Assembly (NCBI GenBank): GCA_951406725.2
Contig: OX597835.1
Span: 37,200,001-37,264,000 of the forward strand
Direction: 5' to 3'
DNA: 64,000 nucleotides
Origin: Octopus vulgaris
Lineage: Eukaryota
Under the pieces are notes generated by a model, which worked only from the letters and a program-made list of their open reading frames with translations, ran no database searches and had not been told where the DNA came from. The stretch's first letter is position 1. Each line of letters starts with the position of its first letter. Below are positions 42,438 to 53,920 of the stretch, piece by piece. Made by a program: the position numbers and the translations under genes.

Positions 42438-43649
42438 TATATTAATAAATAGAATAAAACATATGCATATATATAAACATATATGTACGTACCAACCTCT
42501 ACATGTACATATACACGCATATATGAGTACAGGACACCAAAAGGACGTCGAACACAATGAGAAACGAAAATATAGACACAAACCAAAGGAACTGGACATT
42601 TATTTAAAAACAGCAAAAAAATAGAATACAGGACAATTAACACAAGGGAAAATCCCTTCTTCAGTCGCTAAAGCTTTCATCTACTCTACATTTCGAAGGA
42701 TAAAAGCGAGACGTATCTTCGACAAGAAAACTTTCCTTCCTGCGAAAAGCAAATCAATTAAAATTCTGAGATCTTTTCGCAGAGGTAAAAAATAGTAACA
42801 ACAGGACAATAACGACAGTGCAAATTGTAAACAGTATAAGACAGGACAAGGAAAACAAGATAAGAAGGGCTGTTGACGCCGAACGAAAAAAAAGTATTGC
42901 AAACGAAAAATTTTTTATGGACGACGAGCGGAGGAAAAAGAGTGTCGTCCATTAACTTGAAAGAGCCAGGCGAGAGAGACAGCAGCGGAAGTGACGTCGC
43001 GGGTGAACGACGGGAAGGCGGAAGTCACGTCACAGGTGAACAACGGGAAGGGAGGAGGAGGAGCAAGAGAAAGGGAGAGGAGAAGGGGAATGGCTGCGAG
43101 GAAACCATGAAGAATGGAGAGGGGGAGAGAGAGAGTGAAGAATGAGAGAGAGGAAGAGACAGGTTAAATAGAGGAAAAGGAAAACAAAGAAGGAAGGCTG
43201 AGAAAGGGATGGGACAGAAAGGTTAAGAGTGCGCGTGAGAGTTAATATCAAGAACAAAAACTTGATATAAAGAACAATCTTAATTAAGGGGGTGCGTGCG
43301 TTTCATCATATAATATATTAATAAATAAAATAAAACATATGCATATATATAAACATATATGTACGTACCTACCTCTACATGTACATATACACGCATATAT
43401 GAGTACAGGGCACCAAAAGGACGTCGAACACAATGAGAAACAAAAACATAGACACAAACCAAAGGAACTGGACATTTATTTAAAAACAGCAAAAAAATAG
43501 AATACAGGACAATTAACACAAAGAAATATATAAAATTAGAGATAAAACCACTATTAGGCAAATCAAACAGTGAAAAACATAAACCAAAACATAAAAATAA
43601 AAATAATTAATATAATTTACAAAATATATAAAATATAAAATTTAAATTA

Positions 43650-43650
<1 letters not shown>
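42431..43650 (-). mobile_element. Non-coding element between two (TA)n tracts with a ~215-bp direct repeat; pLTR-like
   Basis: 42431-42645 nearly identical to 43307-43521; degenerate hammerhead-like motif at 42684-42728 (-). Confidence 0.6.
42985..43051. promoter_or_regulatory. Two 33-bp repeats, each with an ETS-CRE-like composite motif
   Basis: gCGGAAGTGACGTc at 42985 and gCGGAAGTCACGTc at 43018 in a CpG-rich patch. Confidence 0.35.
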
Positions 43651-43728
<78 letters not shown>

Positions 43729-43824
43729 ATAAAACGGTAAGATAACAAAAGAAAGAAAGAGACCTCAATATTATGTAAATAGAGGAAATTTATCTATACA
43801 ATATGTTACATTACTCGGTAGTCA

Positions 43825-43887
43825 AGATAAAACTCTGAGTTTCAGATGCCGAAGTGGAAATCCACAACACCATCTCTTCGGTTATCT
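43825..43887 (-). ncRNA. Hammerhead ribozyme motif (left arm)
   Basis: Mirror of 45736-45798. Confidence 0.7.
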
Positions 43888-44082
43888 GGCTATTTGAAAA
43901 CGTTATGAAAAAATACCGTTAAAAATGAAGGGAAATTACTCTGTTATAACTCTGCTTTGCCTGCGTACTTATACATCGCTCGCATTTTTCGTCATAAAAA
44001 TTATATAAAAATACATAAAAATATATAAAAATATATAAAAAATATATAAAATCTTCTTGGGACATAACACAGAAAGCATGTT

Positions 44083-44796
44083 CTATCCGTTTTCTTTAGG
44101 GGACCAAAAACGTAACAGAAATTTAGTCACATGTGGGCATGATCCGAAAAGCTCTGTCCTTGTATTTAGACATGTGGTAGGGTCTAAGCTGCTTTTCCAG
44201 ATAAGCCATCTCTCCATGTCGCATAAACCGCACCTTCCGCTGCCGTTAGTGTAGGGCTTACATCTGGCCAAAATCTTCCATTGTATGTTATAATCGACAC
44301 CTTTATCTCTTAAAGACCAAATATGATTGGATAATTGTGTCGCTTTTCTTTTGTTCCAGTGCCTAAAGCTCAAAGTGTGGTTATTGAACCTGGCCTTGAA
44401 ATTACCCTCTGTCAGGCCCACGTATTTCTTCGTCGAAACGGTGTCTTTAGTGGTTATAGAGTTTACGGTAGCTTCATATATGATGGTCTTGGACATGCAA
44501 GCTCCATTTAGCGGGCACAATTCTTTATTCCTGCATGAACAGCTGTTTTCTTCTTGTGTTTTTTGTATGTTATGATTGATTATGTTTTTAAAATTGGTAG
44601 TTGAACTAAAACTAATTTTTAAATTGTGTCTATTGAAGAGTTTCCTATAAGCATGGTTAACTGGAAAATGTCTATCTATCAGTGCTAGGAAATATTTACC
44701 TATATTGAAGGCCACCTCGGGTGAGTAAGGGGGCGTAAACCAGATGACCTTCCTATTTCTATTATTCCTTTTCCTTACTGTTGGGCTGGTGATAGG
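44083..44796 (-). CDS. PLE linker plus GIY-YIG endonuclease, 5'-truncated open frame (left arm)
   Basis: Translation identical to the right arm. Confidence 0.85.
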   Translation of the reverse strand, partial: PITSPTVRKRNNRNRKVIWFTPPYSPEVAFNIGKYFLALIDRHFPVNHAYRKLFNRHNLKISFSSTTNFKNIINHNIQKTQEENSCSCRNKELCPLNGACMSKTIIYEATVNSITTKDTVSTKKYVGLTEGNFKARFNNHTLSFRHWNKRKATQLSNHIWSLRDKGVDYNIQWKILARCKPYTNGSGRCGLCDMERWLIWKSSLDPTTCLNTRTELFGSCPHVTKFLLRFWSPKENG

Positions 44797-44827
44797 TTTT
44801 TAGCGAAAAAATAAAATAAAATATACA

Positions 44828-45541
44828 CCTATCACCAGCCCAACAGTAAGGAAAAGGAATAATAGAAATAGGAAGGTCATCTGGTTTACGCCCCCTTACT
44901 CACCCGAGGTGGCCTTCAATATAGGTAAATATTTCCTAGCACTGATAGATAGACATTTTCCAGTTAACCATGCTTATAGGAAACTCTTCAATAGACACAA
45001 TTTAAAAATTAGTTTTAGTTCAACTACCAATTTTAAAAACATAATCAATCATAACATACAAAAAACACAAGAAGAAAACAGCTGTTCATGCAGGAATAAA
45101 GAATTGTGCCCGCTAAATGGAGCTTGCATGTCCAAGACCATCATATATGAAGCTACCGTAAACTCTATAACCACTAAAGACACCGTTTCGACGAAGAAAT
45201 ACGTGGGCCTGACAGAGGGTAATTTCAAGGCCAGGTTCAATAACCACACTTTGAGCTTTAGGCACTGGAACAAAAGAAAAGCGACACAATTATCCAATCA
45301 TATTTGGTCTTTAAGAGATAAAGGTGTCGATTATAACATACAATGGAAGATTTTGGCCAGATGTAAGCCCTACACTAACGGCAGCGGAAGGTGCGGTTTA
45401 TGCGACATGGAGAGATGGCTTATCTGGAAAAGCAGCTTAGACCCTACCACATGTCTAAATACAAGGACAGAGCTTTTCGGATCATGCCCACATGTGACTA
45501 AATTTCTGTTACGTTTTTGGTCCCCTAAAGAAAACGGATAG
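44828..45541 (+). CDS. PLE linker plus GIY-YIG endonuclease, 5'-truncated open frame (Naiad-like)
   Basis: RNRKVIWFTPPYS upstream of the GTG at 44909, IGKYFLALIDRHFP, CSCRNKELCPLNGAC, IIY..YVG, KARF..H, CGLCDME, LNTRTEL..CPH; no internal stop; no ATG before the zinc-knuckle region. Confidence 0.85.
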   Translation, partial: PITSPTVRKRNNRNRKVIWFTPPYSPEVAFNIGKYFLALIDRHFPVNHAYRKLFNRHNLKISFSSTTNFKNIINHNIQKTQEENSCSCRNKELCPLNGACMSKTIIYEATVNSITTKDTVSTKKYVGLTEGNFKARFNNHTLSFRHWNKRKATQLSNHIWSLRDKGVDYNIQWKILARCKPYTNGSGRCGLCDMERWLIWKSSLDPTTCLNTRTELFGSCPHVTKFLLRFWSPKENG

Positions 45542-45735
45542 AACATGCTTTCTGTGTTATGTCCCAAGAAGATTTTATATATTTTTATATATTTTTATAT
45601 ATTTTTATGTATTTTTATATAATTTTTATGACGAAAAATGCGAGCGATGTATAAGTACGCAGGCAAAGCAGAGTTATAACAGAGTAATTTCCCTTCATTT
45701 TTAACGGTATTTTTTCATAACGTTTTCAAATAGCC

Positions 45736-45798
45736 AGATAACCGAAGAGATGGTGTTGTGGATTTCCACTTCGGCATCTGAAACTCAGAGTTTTATCT
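45736..45798 (+). ncRNA. Hammerhead ribozyme motif (right arm)
   Basis: agataa-CCGAAGA-gatg..gtgga/tccac..catc-t-GAAA-ctcagag-TT-ttatct; predicted cut after 45792. Confidence 0.7.
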
Positions 45799-45820
45799 TG
45801 ACTACCGAGTAATGTAACAT

Positions 45821-45877
<57 letters not shown>

Positions 45878-45961
45878 TAATTTTATCTAGTTTCAGCTCA
45901 CGAGCTGTGGCCATGCTGGGGCACCACCATTTATACATATACATTACATAGATACATACAA

Positions 45962-46012
<51 letters not shown>

Positions 46013-46169
46013 CACACACATATATATATGTACAAAAATCCGTTTAAGGTGCTGTTGCAGTATGGCTGCAGTCAAATGATTGAACTTCAGAAAAAATGTC
46101 ATGAAAGAACTTAGGAGATCAGGGAGGAGGAAACTGGGTCAAATTATGAGGCTTCCTTCTCCTTATGAC

Positions 46170-46685
46170 ACATGAAACAGTATGAGTTCATTCTGGACAG
46201 TCGAACTATTGATGCCAGCCTGTACCCTGAACAGGTGGATTGGGTGTGTGTCATTGTGTGGCAAAAATACTTGCCATTGGTCAACAGAAAGCAATCGCTT
46301 CTGCAGCGAGACAACACAAGACTTCATATCATTCAAATGACCTGGAATAAACACCAGGAACTTGAGAGAATCAAACTGATATCACACTCAGCATATAGTC
46401 TGGACTTAGCTCCTTCAGATTATTATGTGTTCTTCTCCATGGCTCACTTGCTGCACTCGTAATGCTTTATCAACCAAGAGGAGGTGGAAACTTCAGAGAA
46501 GGAGTTCTTCACCTCAAAGGGCAAGAAGTGGAATGAGCATGAGATCAAAGAACTTGCAGAAAGGCTGCTTCAGACAAAACAACAAGATGGTTTCTACTTT
46601 GAATGCTAGGCAGCTCTTGTTGTAACTTGGTGAATAAAGAAAATAAAATACCAAAATATTGCGAAAATTTTGTCTCAACAAAATA
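46170..46685 (+). mobile_element. Mariner (DD34D) transposase 3' fragment, degenerate
   Basis: LLQRDNTRLH..SHSAYSLDLAPSDYYVF (HDNARPH and YSPDLAPSDY motifs). Confidence 0.9.
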
Positions 46686-48943
46686 CAAACATCATACAAT
46701 TGGCATATCACTCTGAAATGCCTACTAAGGTTATACAGCCTTATTTTTTTTCTCCATTGTCAGACTCTGCCATTACCACCACCACCACTACCAACAACAA
46801 CAACAAAGGAACTTGTATGTGGTCACTTGCATTGCTAGAAATAACAGTTACATCGTATTTAATTCATGTCCCACGATCTTAGAAAAGATGAGAGATAAAG
46901 TGGCTCTGGGTTTCTTGCTCATCACAAAAAGACAGGATGGTCATTTATTGAATGTTTTTGATCATGGCCTGTGGTTAAATAATAGTAACAAAAAGGAAAA
47001 GCAAAAAAAACAGTCTCAACATTTATTTTAACATCAATGCCACCAAAACACTAACACCATCACCTCCACCACCGCTAACATCAGCATTATTGCCACTACC
47101 ACCATCAGCAACACCAGTACCAACACGACTCCTCCCCGACCGCCACCACCACCACCACTACCAACACCAATAGCAACACTATGACCACCACCACCACCAC
47201 CACCGCCATCATCAACACTCATACTATATTTAACCATCATTTTCTAATGAGTGGTGCATTAACGATGCCTTACTCTAAATCTCTTTCTCTCTCTCTTTCT
47301 TGCCATCATTCTTTCTTCATTTATTTCCCGCCACTTCTTCTCCTTGTCTTCCTTCTTTTATTTTTCCTTCCCTCCTCCATCATTCTCACCATCCTCCTTT
47401 CATTCCATAAAGCTCGTTATTTATAGGCAGTTTTTATTATTTAGTTTCTTCCGTATTTTATTTTTTTATACATTTATTCATTGCTTTTACTTCGTATTTA
47501 TCTTCTTCTTCTTGTTTTTTTGTTTTCTTGTTGTTCTGTTGGCAGAGGTCATTGGAAAATGATTTATAATTATTCTTGATATTTCTGCAGAATTACTTCA
47601 AGAGCGCCACCACTCTCAGCCAAATCATCAGGATCAACATTTTTGGGGGATTATGTGTTTTAGGTTTTTTTTTACCGATTGCGTGGCATTTGATTTTCAC
47701 GTGGCCCCTCCTTCACCCTTCTTGTCTCTCCTTTACTCTGTACATTCATACGTGTGCTTGTGTGTGTGTGTCTACCTATGTATGTATGTACGTATGTGTG
47801 TGTGTGTTTGTATGTATATATATGCACGCGTGTGTGTGTGTGTATATGAGTGCGTGTAATAAATGTGTATGTGGGTGTGGATGTATTTGTATATATGTGA
47901 ACGTGTGTATATAAGAATGTGTATGTTTAAGTGTGTGCATGTGTGTGTGTGTGTGTATTTTGTTTTGAATCTATGTAACTGTGTATATGTGTGTATGCAT
48001 GCATACATACATATACATATATACGTGTGTGTATATGCATGGGTGTGTGTGTGTGTTTGTGTGTGTGTATATATATATATATATATGCATGTGTGTGTGG
48101 GTCTCTATGTGTGTATATGTGCCTTTAGTGTTCTGCATACACATGTATGTATATGGTTTTGAAGGTATGCAGATGTGTGAGTGTGTATATTTTGGCCATT
48201 TCATACACTATATATTTATGTACATATACATACATGCGTACCAGTGTGTGCGAATACATATTTATGTGTATATGGATTGTGTGTATATGTGTATAAATGT
48301 GTTTGTACACATGACTGTATGTGGCTGCATTTAAGTCTGTGTGTGTTTGGTCAAGTTGTAAAGTGTATGTAGGTGTATTATGTGGATGATGTATGTATGT
48401 ATGTGTGCATGTGTATGTATGCATATGCGTGTTTGTATTTTTTTCTTTGTTTTATATTTTGGCCAATTTATAAAAATATTTCTTCTACAGAATTCTTGGT
48501 CTGATGTCATTAGAATGCAATCATAGCAACTCTTGAAGTAACCTCTACAGAATGGAACTGTCTGGAAATGAAGAAGTAGGGAAGAGAAAATAGAGAAAGA
48601 GAAGAGAAGAGGAAGGGAGGGAGAGAGAGAGAGACAGAGAGAGAGAGAGAAAGACAAAAAAAGGAAATAAACATAGGAAAAACACAAAGTTGTTTTTAAT
48701 GACGCGATAAATATAAATTGGTCGTTGGTTTGCTCCAGCTTGACCTGACCCATTCCCAAACAAAGTATCAACTTGTGGTTAAGAAGTTCGTAGTTTTGAG
48801 TTCAACCAGACAGTGTGGTAACGTGAGCAAGTGTCATCTACTAAAGTCTCAGACTGACTAGTGCCTTCTCTGTGAAACTGGTAAAGGGAAAATCGTGTGT
48901 GTGTGTGCATGCATGTGTGTGCACGTGCACGTGTGTGTGTGTG

Positions 48944-49583
48944 CAGGGCCAGATTAAGACCCATCGAGGCCCTAAGCCCTTAAAAGATTTTGGTGACCCC
49001 ATAAACCAGCTTCCAGGGATGTGTTTAATATATAAAATTTATATAGCCAGTAATGATACACCGCTATATTTAGTGAATATTTAAGCAACATGTTTGTGGA
49101 TGATTAAGGGGTTAGATGGATGTTCATGAAGGGGCAAAAACTACTGAAATATGGCCAGGGCTGGATAAAGACCCATCAAGGCCCTAAGCACATAAAAGAT
49201 TTTGGTGCCCCCATAAAAGATTACGTAATTCAAAATACAAACAATAACAAACCATAAAATAATTTTTTATTTTTCAAAGCGAAACAAAACAGTAAGAAAG
49301 GAAAATATTGTATATTTTTGTATACTTCCACCTTATTTAGATTCGAAAAGTTTCCTCCTACTTTTTTGAATTGCAAAGTCTTTGAATCAGATCTTCAAAA
49401 TTAATCTTTGGTAACACATCTGCATCTATACTTAGTAGAGATAAAGGCATCCCGGATATTATTTTAGCAAGTTTAAAGTGATTTCTTTTGTGTTGTAAAC
49501 CTTTTACAATTTCTGTGGTGCCCCCTCCTTCCCTTGATGCCCCAAGCACGTACTTATTTTGCTTAATGGTTGATCCAGCCCTG
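48944..49583. mobile_element. hAT-derived non-autonomous element with duplicated left end
   Basis: Ends cagggc(t/c)(g/a)gat at 48944 and 49157, atccagccctg at 49583; minus-strand LSLLSIDADVLPKINFEDLI resembles a hAT C-terminus; sits in (TG)n. Confidence 0.75.
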
Positions 49584-50402
49584 TGTGTGTATGTGGTGGA
49601 TTCTCCTGTCTTAAACGACAGATGAAGGTTCAGTAATTTCTTGCTGAACATACAGCACATATGACTTATTTATAGGGATCAAACGTTTGTGCTGTTCATC
49701 ATATTCCCCTACCCCCACCCCACACTACATCAAGTCAACGTTACCTGAACAGGTGCCCTGGTTTATATCGCACGTCAGATGCCGAAGTGATCGCAGAGCA
49801 ACATGGAAAGAAGTTTTTGCAAGAACACAACCCACTACTTGGTCGGCAAATCAAAATGAAGATCTAGTGATCATGAGCGCAACACCCTATATATGTACAA
49901 ATACATACATATATGTTCTTTTATTCTTTTACTTGCTTCTGTCATTTGACTTTAGCCATGCTGGAGCACTGCCTTTAGTCGAACAAATCAACCCCAGGAC
50001 TTATGTTTTGTAAGCCTAGTACTTAGTCTATCAGTCGCTTTTGTGGAACTCCTAAGTTACAGGGATGTAAACACACCAACATCGGTTATCAAGTGATGAT
50101 AGGGGGATGAACACAGACTCACAAACATATACACACATACATCAAAAGGTGGAGCTCAAGCATGGCTGCAGACAAATGACTGAAACAAGTAAAAGAATAA
50201 AAAAATATATATATGATAGGCTTCTTTCAGTTTCCAACTACCAAATCTACTCACAAGGCTTTGGACAGCCCAAAGCTATTGTAGATGACACCTGCCCAAG
50301 GTACCATGCTGTGGGACTGAACCTGGAACCATGTGGTTGGGAAGCAAGCTTCTTACTACACACTATATATCTATATCTATCTATCTATATATATATATAT
50401 AG

Positions 50403-50589
50403 ATTGCCATGATGGATCGTTAGCCACTACACACATTCTTTTTCTCTCCTTGTTTTTCTCTGTGTTCTCTTCTGTAGAAGAGCATAGGCTCGAAACGTAA
50501 AAGACTTTTTCTATTCCTGAGTGTTATACTAATACATCTGTTTGTTTGTACACCACCTGTCTTCGTCTTTTGTTTTTTTCGTAAACTTT

Positions 50590-50645
<56 letters not shown>

Positions 50646-50815
50646 GAAATTTACAGAAAAATAAAAGACGAAGACAGGTGTATAAACAACAAGTAGGTTT
50701 ATTAGTTTGACACTCAGGAAGGTGAGAAAGTCTTTTACGTTTTGAGAACTATGCTCTTCAACAGAAAGGAACATGTGGGAATAAACAGAGAGGGAATAGA
50801 AAAACTCTTGGAGTC
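50403..50815. mobile_element. Tail-to-tail pair of ~190-bp hammerhead-bearing short elements around (TA)n
   Basis: 50403-50592 (+) and 50645-50815 (-); motifs at 50467-50504 and 50732-50768. Confidence 0.75.
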
Positions 50816-50978
50816 GAGGAGATTTATACATATCCCTTTTTTTTTTAAAACAACACTTCAACTGTAATACGAGTAGAGGTGATTATTTGACCAGAATTCC
50901 ATTTGGTTTAAAACGCAACACTATAACCTTCAGCTGAATACCAATGCAGGACGCTTGTTGAAAGCATTGTGAGTGATG

Positions 50979-51061
50979 GACCCTTGATGAAATTGTAGTA
51001 CTTAGAATGCCAAATTGCATAGAGAGTAATGTGCAGTCGATGCAGAAGAAACATGTCGGTC
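50979..51061 (+). ncRNA. Degenerate hammerhead-like motif with long stem II
   Basis: gacc-CTTGATGA-(~57 nt)-GAAA-catg-TC-ggtc; palindromic stem III acatgt, GUC site. Confidence 0.55.
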
Positions 51062-51157
51062 ATTGTTATATATGCTGTAGAAAACTTTTCTAATAAAAAC
51101 GTTTTGGATGTGTATAAATCTCCACACTCTTATTAGTTATCAGTTATATACACTACA

Positions 51158-51495
51158 GTGAAGGCGCATGCCTCAATGGTCAGAGCGTCGAGCTTACGAT
51201 CGTGAGGTTCTGAGCTCGAATCCCAGACCAGGCTGCATGTTGTGTTCTTGAGCAAGAGACTTTATTTCACATTGCTCCAGTTCACTCAGCTGTAGAAATG
51301 GGTTGCGATGTCATAGGTGTCAAGCTGTATCAGCCCTTGCTTCTCCCTTGGATAACACTGGTGGCGTGGAGAGCGGACACTGGTATGTGTCGGCAACTGC
51401 TGGTCTTCCATAAACAACCTTGCCTGGACTTGTGCCTGAGAGGGTAACTTTCTAGGTGCAATCCCATGGTCTGTGTCGTGACCGAAGGGGGTCTC
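51158..51495 (+). mobile_element. tRNA-derived SINE (family E)
   Basis: Head ggcgcatgcctcaatggtcagagcg..gctcgaatccc. Confidence 0.8.
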
Positions 51496-51734
51496 AGAAT
51501 ATATTCTACAGAATATTTGCAGTTCTGAATAGGAACACAGTACTACCCAACAAATGATGCTTAGAAGTACCATTGTCTTTTAAGCTTGAGTACTATGTAA
51601 TTGGACCATTGTGGATAGCCAGCATCTATAAGAGTTTGTGAGCTAATTTGATATTTGCCAGGATAATTTATTCCTATTTACACTGCCCCCATCTCTCTCT
51701 CTCTCTCGCCCACTCTATCTGTCTGTCTGTCTGA

Positions 51735-51772
<38 letters not shown>

Positions 51773-52309
51773 TTCAAGGATTTAACATAGCAGAAAAATT
51801 TGACAAAACCATAACAAATAGAAAATTCGTAGCTAATCCCTCATCAGTCAACATCCGAGAGATCATAACAATTTTGCACCATTATCATTGATATCGTTCA
51901 CTCAGGTGGCACCATTTGCAAAAAGCCACTAGGAATAGCTAACATACAGGACAACGACATATATATATATATGTATATATATTTTTGTGGACTCTTCTAT
52001 TGTAGACAAGAGATGAGTGTTCTGAAATTTCTTGCTGAACAACCTGCTCAATGCTTTGGTCGTCTAAAGTACAAGACACTTGACCAAGGTGTTGTGCACC
52101 TTGGTCACTTGGTTGGGTAGCACGCTTCTTACCATACAGCTGTGCTCGCATCTATCTATCTAGCTGTTTGTCTGTATATGCTCATGCACATTGATTTGCA
52201 CACACATACACTATCCACACATTAGTAATGAACTAAAAGAATGAGTGATCAACATCTCGTTGGCCCATTGATTAATAAATAATTTCTTTAAATAGTAGAA
52301 AACTGTCAA

Positions 52310-52358
52310 TACGATACCAATGGTTTCATGCAAGTTTTTCTGCAATCATTCAATCATA
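52310..52358 (-). ncRNA. Degenerate hammerhead-like motif
   Basis: tatga-ttgaatga-t-tgca-gaaaaact-tgca-t-GAAA-ccattgg-TA-tcgta. Confidence 0.5.
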
Positions 52359-52812
52359 GTTTGAATAGTAGTGGCAACCATGCCACTATCACTGGATGAG
52401 AATGAAATAAGAGATTTCAGAAGAGCACAGACGATACAAAACCAAGAGTCTAGATAAGTAAGTGAAAGGAAGCAATCATCCAAGGACTGTAGTATTGATT
52501 GCTTCTCTTGAACTGTATAATAGCCATAAATGGTGTGTTTGGGGAATACTCCTGTTTTGACAGAATTCTGGTTTGATGATTGATAGCTAATAACGAAATG
52601 AATAATTATGCAACTGGTACATCACCCGAGTTTTGGACAGAAATACATGTTTGTAGATGGAAACACATACCATTGTATTGGTAATACAATATATTGCAGC
52701 ATCAGGGCTGAGATGAATTTATTAGTTTATGTGTGCACTCTTGCCAAAATGTGTATGAGTGTTGTATATGAATATCTGTCTAGCAGTCTATCTCTCTCTG
52801 TTTGTCTGCCTG

Positions 52813-52872
<60 letters not shown>

Positions 52873-53499
52873 ATAAAAGTTTAGAAACTTCTAGATATGT
52901 GAAATAATTCGTCTTTACCAGTGGAACTTGAAGTAGATAAAGCTATAGATAATAGTGTATAATTATTGGGTTAAAATCCCCTTTGGATAGAAAAAGTCAA
53001 AGGCTGCCTATAGAACATGAACTCATCTTCTGTAAGCATGACTGTTGGACCAAAACAATCCTTTGAATTTCTCTATCCATTTTGAAAGTTTTGTTCTTAC
53101 TTGCAAAAATGGTGCGTTGTTTATGTCAGAAGAATTTCGAAACATTGTGAGACATGAAATAATTAATTTCAAACTGTAGAACTCGAAGCAGAGAAAGCTA
53201 TAAATAATAGCTTGTAAATACTGGGTTAAAATCCCATTGGGACTCCAAGCCACATCTTCTATAAACATAACAGGCATTCTACCATTGGACCAAAGTGTGT
53301 TTATGTGTGTATGTATGGATGTGCATGTTCACACACACAAGCACACACACGTGCACACAGCATGTGTAGTGCACTGGTCTGTGGAGGCATTCCCTCTCAT
53401 ATTGGTTATTCATCTGACTTGGTGTTCTGGCAAACTAAGATCGTTACACATTAGAATTATAGCACAAATTACAATATTTATAGAATATATATACACATA

Positions 53500-53920
53500 T
53501 CAAAATCGAAATCGATCAACATCAATGGAAATTGTAGCTGTGATACCAGTGCCAGTGGCATGTAAGTGAACCATCCGAACGTGGCTGTTGCTAGTGCCGC
53601 CCCCAACGGGCCTCCGTGCCGAAGGCACGTAAAAAGCGCCATCCGATCGTGACCATTGCCAGTCGTGCTGGTGGCACGTAAAAAGCACCATCTGATTGTG
53701 CCCGTTTTCCAGCCTGTCCTGGCACCTGTGCCGGTGGCACGTAAAAAGCACCCACTACACTCATGGAGTGGTTGGCGTTAGGAAGGGCAACCAGCCGTAG
53801 AAACATTGCCAGATCAGACTGGGCCTAGTGCAGCCTTCTGGCTTCCCAGACCCCAGCTGAACCGTCCAACCCGTGCTAGCATGGAAAGCAGACGCTAAAT
53901 GATGATGATGATGATGATAA
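53500..53920 (+). mobile_element. Retroposon family C
   Basis: Reverse match to 25968-26345. Confidence 0.8.

Larger units (their letters stand above)
43727..45828. mobile_element. Head-to-head inverted pair of 5'-truncated Penelope-like elements (arms 43795-44797 and 44827-45828, 29-nt spacer) within (TA)n
   Basis: Arms are reverse complements; the only difference I saw is a 1-nt homopolymer indel near 44040/45572; (TA)n on both outer sides. Confidence 0.95.

Noticed and set aside
44909-45541. Stand-alone domesticated nuclease gene starting at 44909
   Set aside because: The start is GTG, and homology continues upstream to the palindrome centre, so it is a truncated PLE ORF; no promoter or ATG evidence
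44828-45828. Selenocysteine recoding, reported for some Naiad PLEs
   Set aside because: No in-frame TGA and no recognisable SECIS
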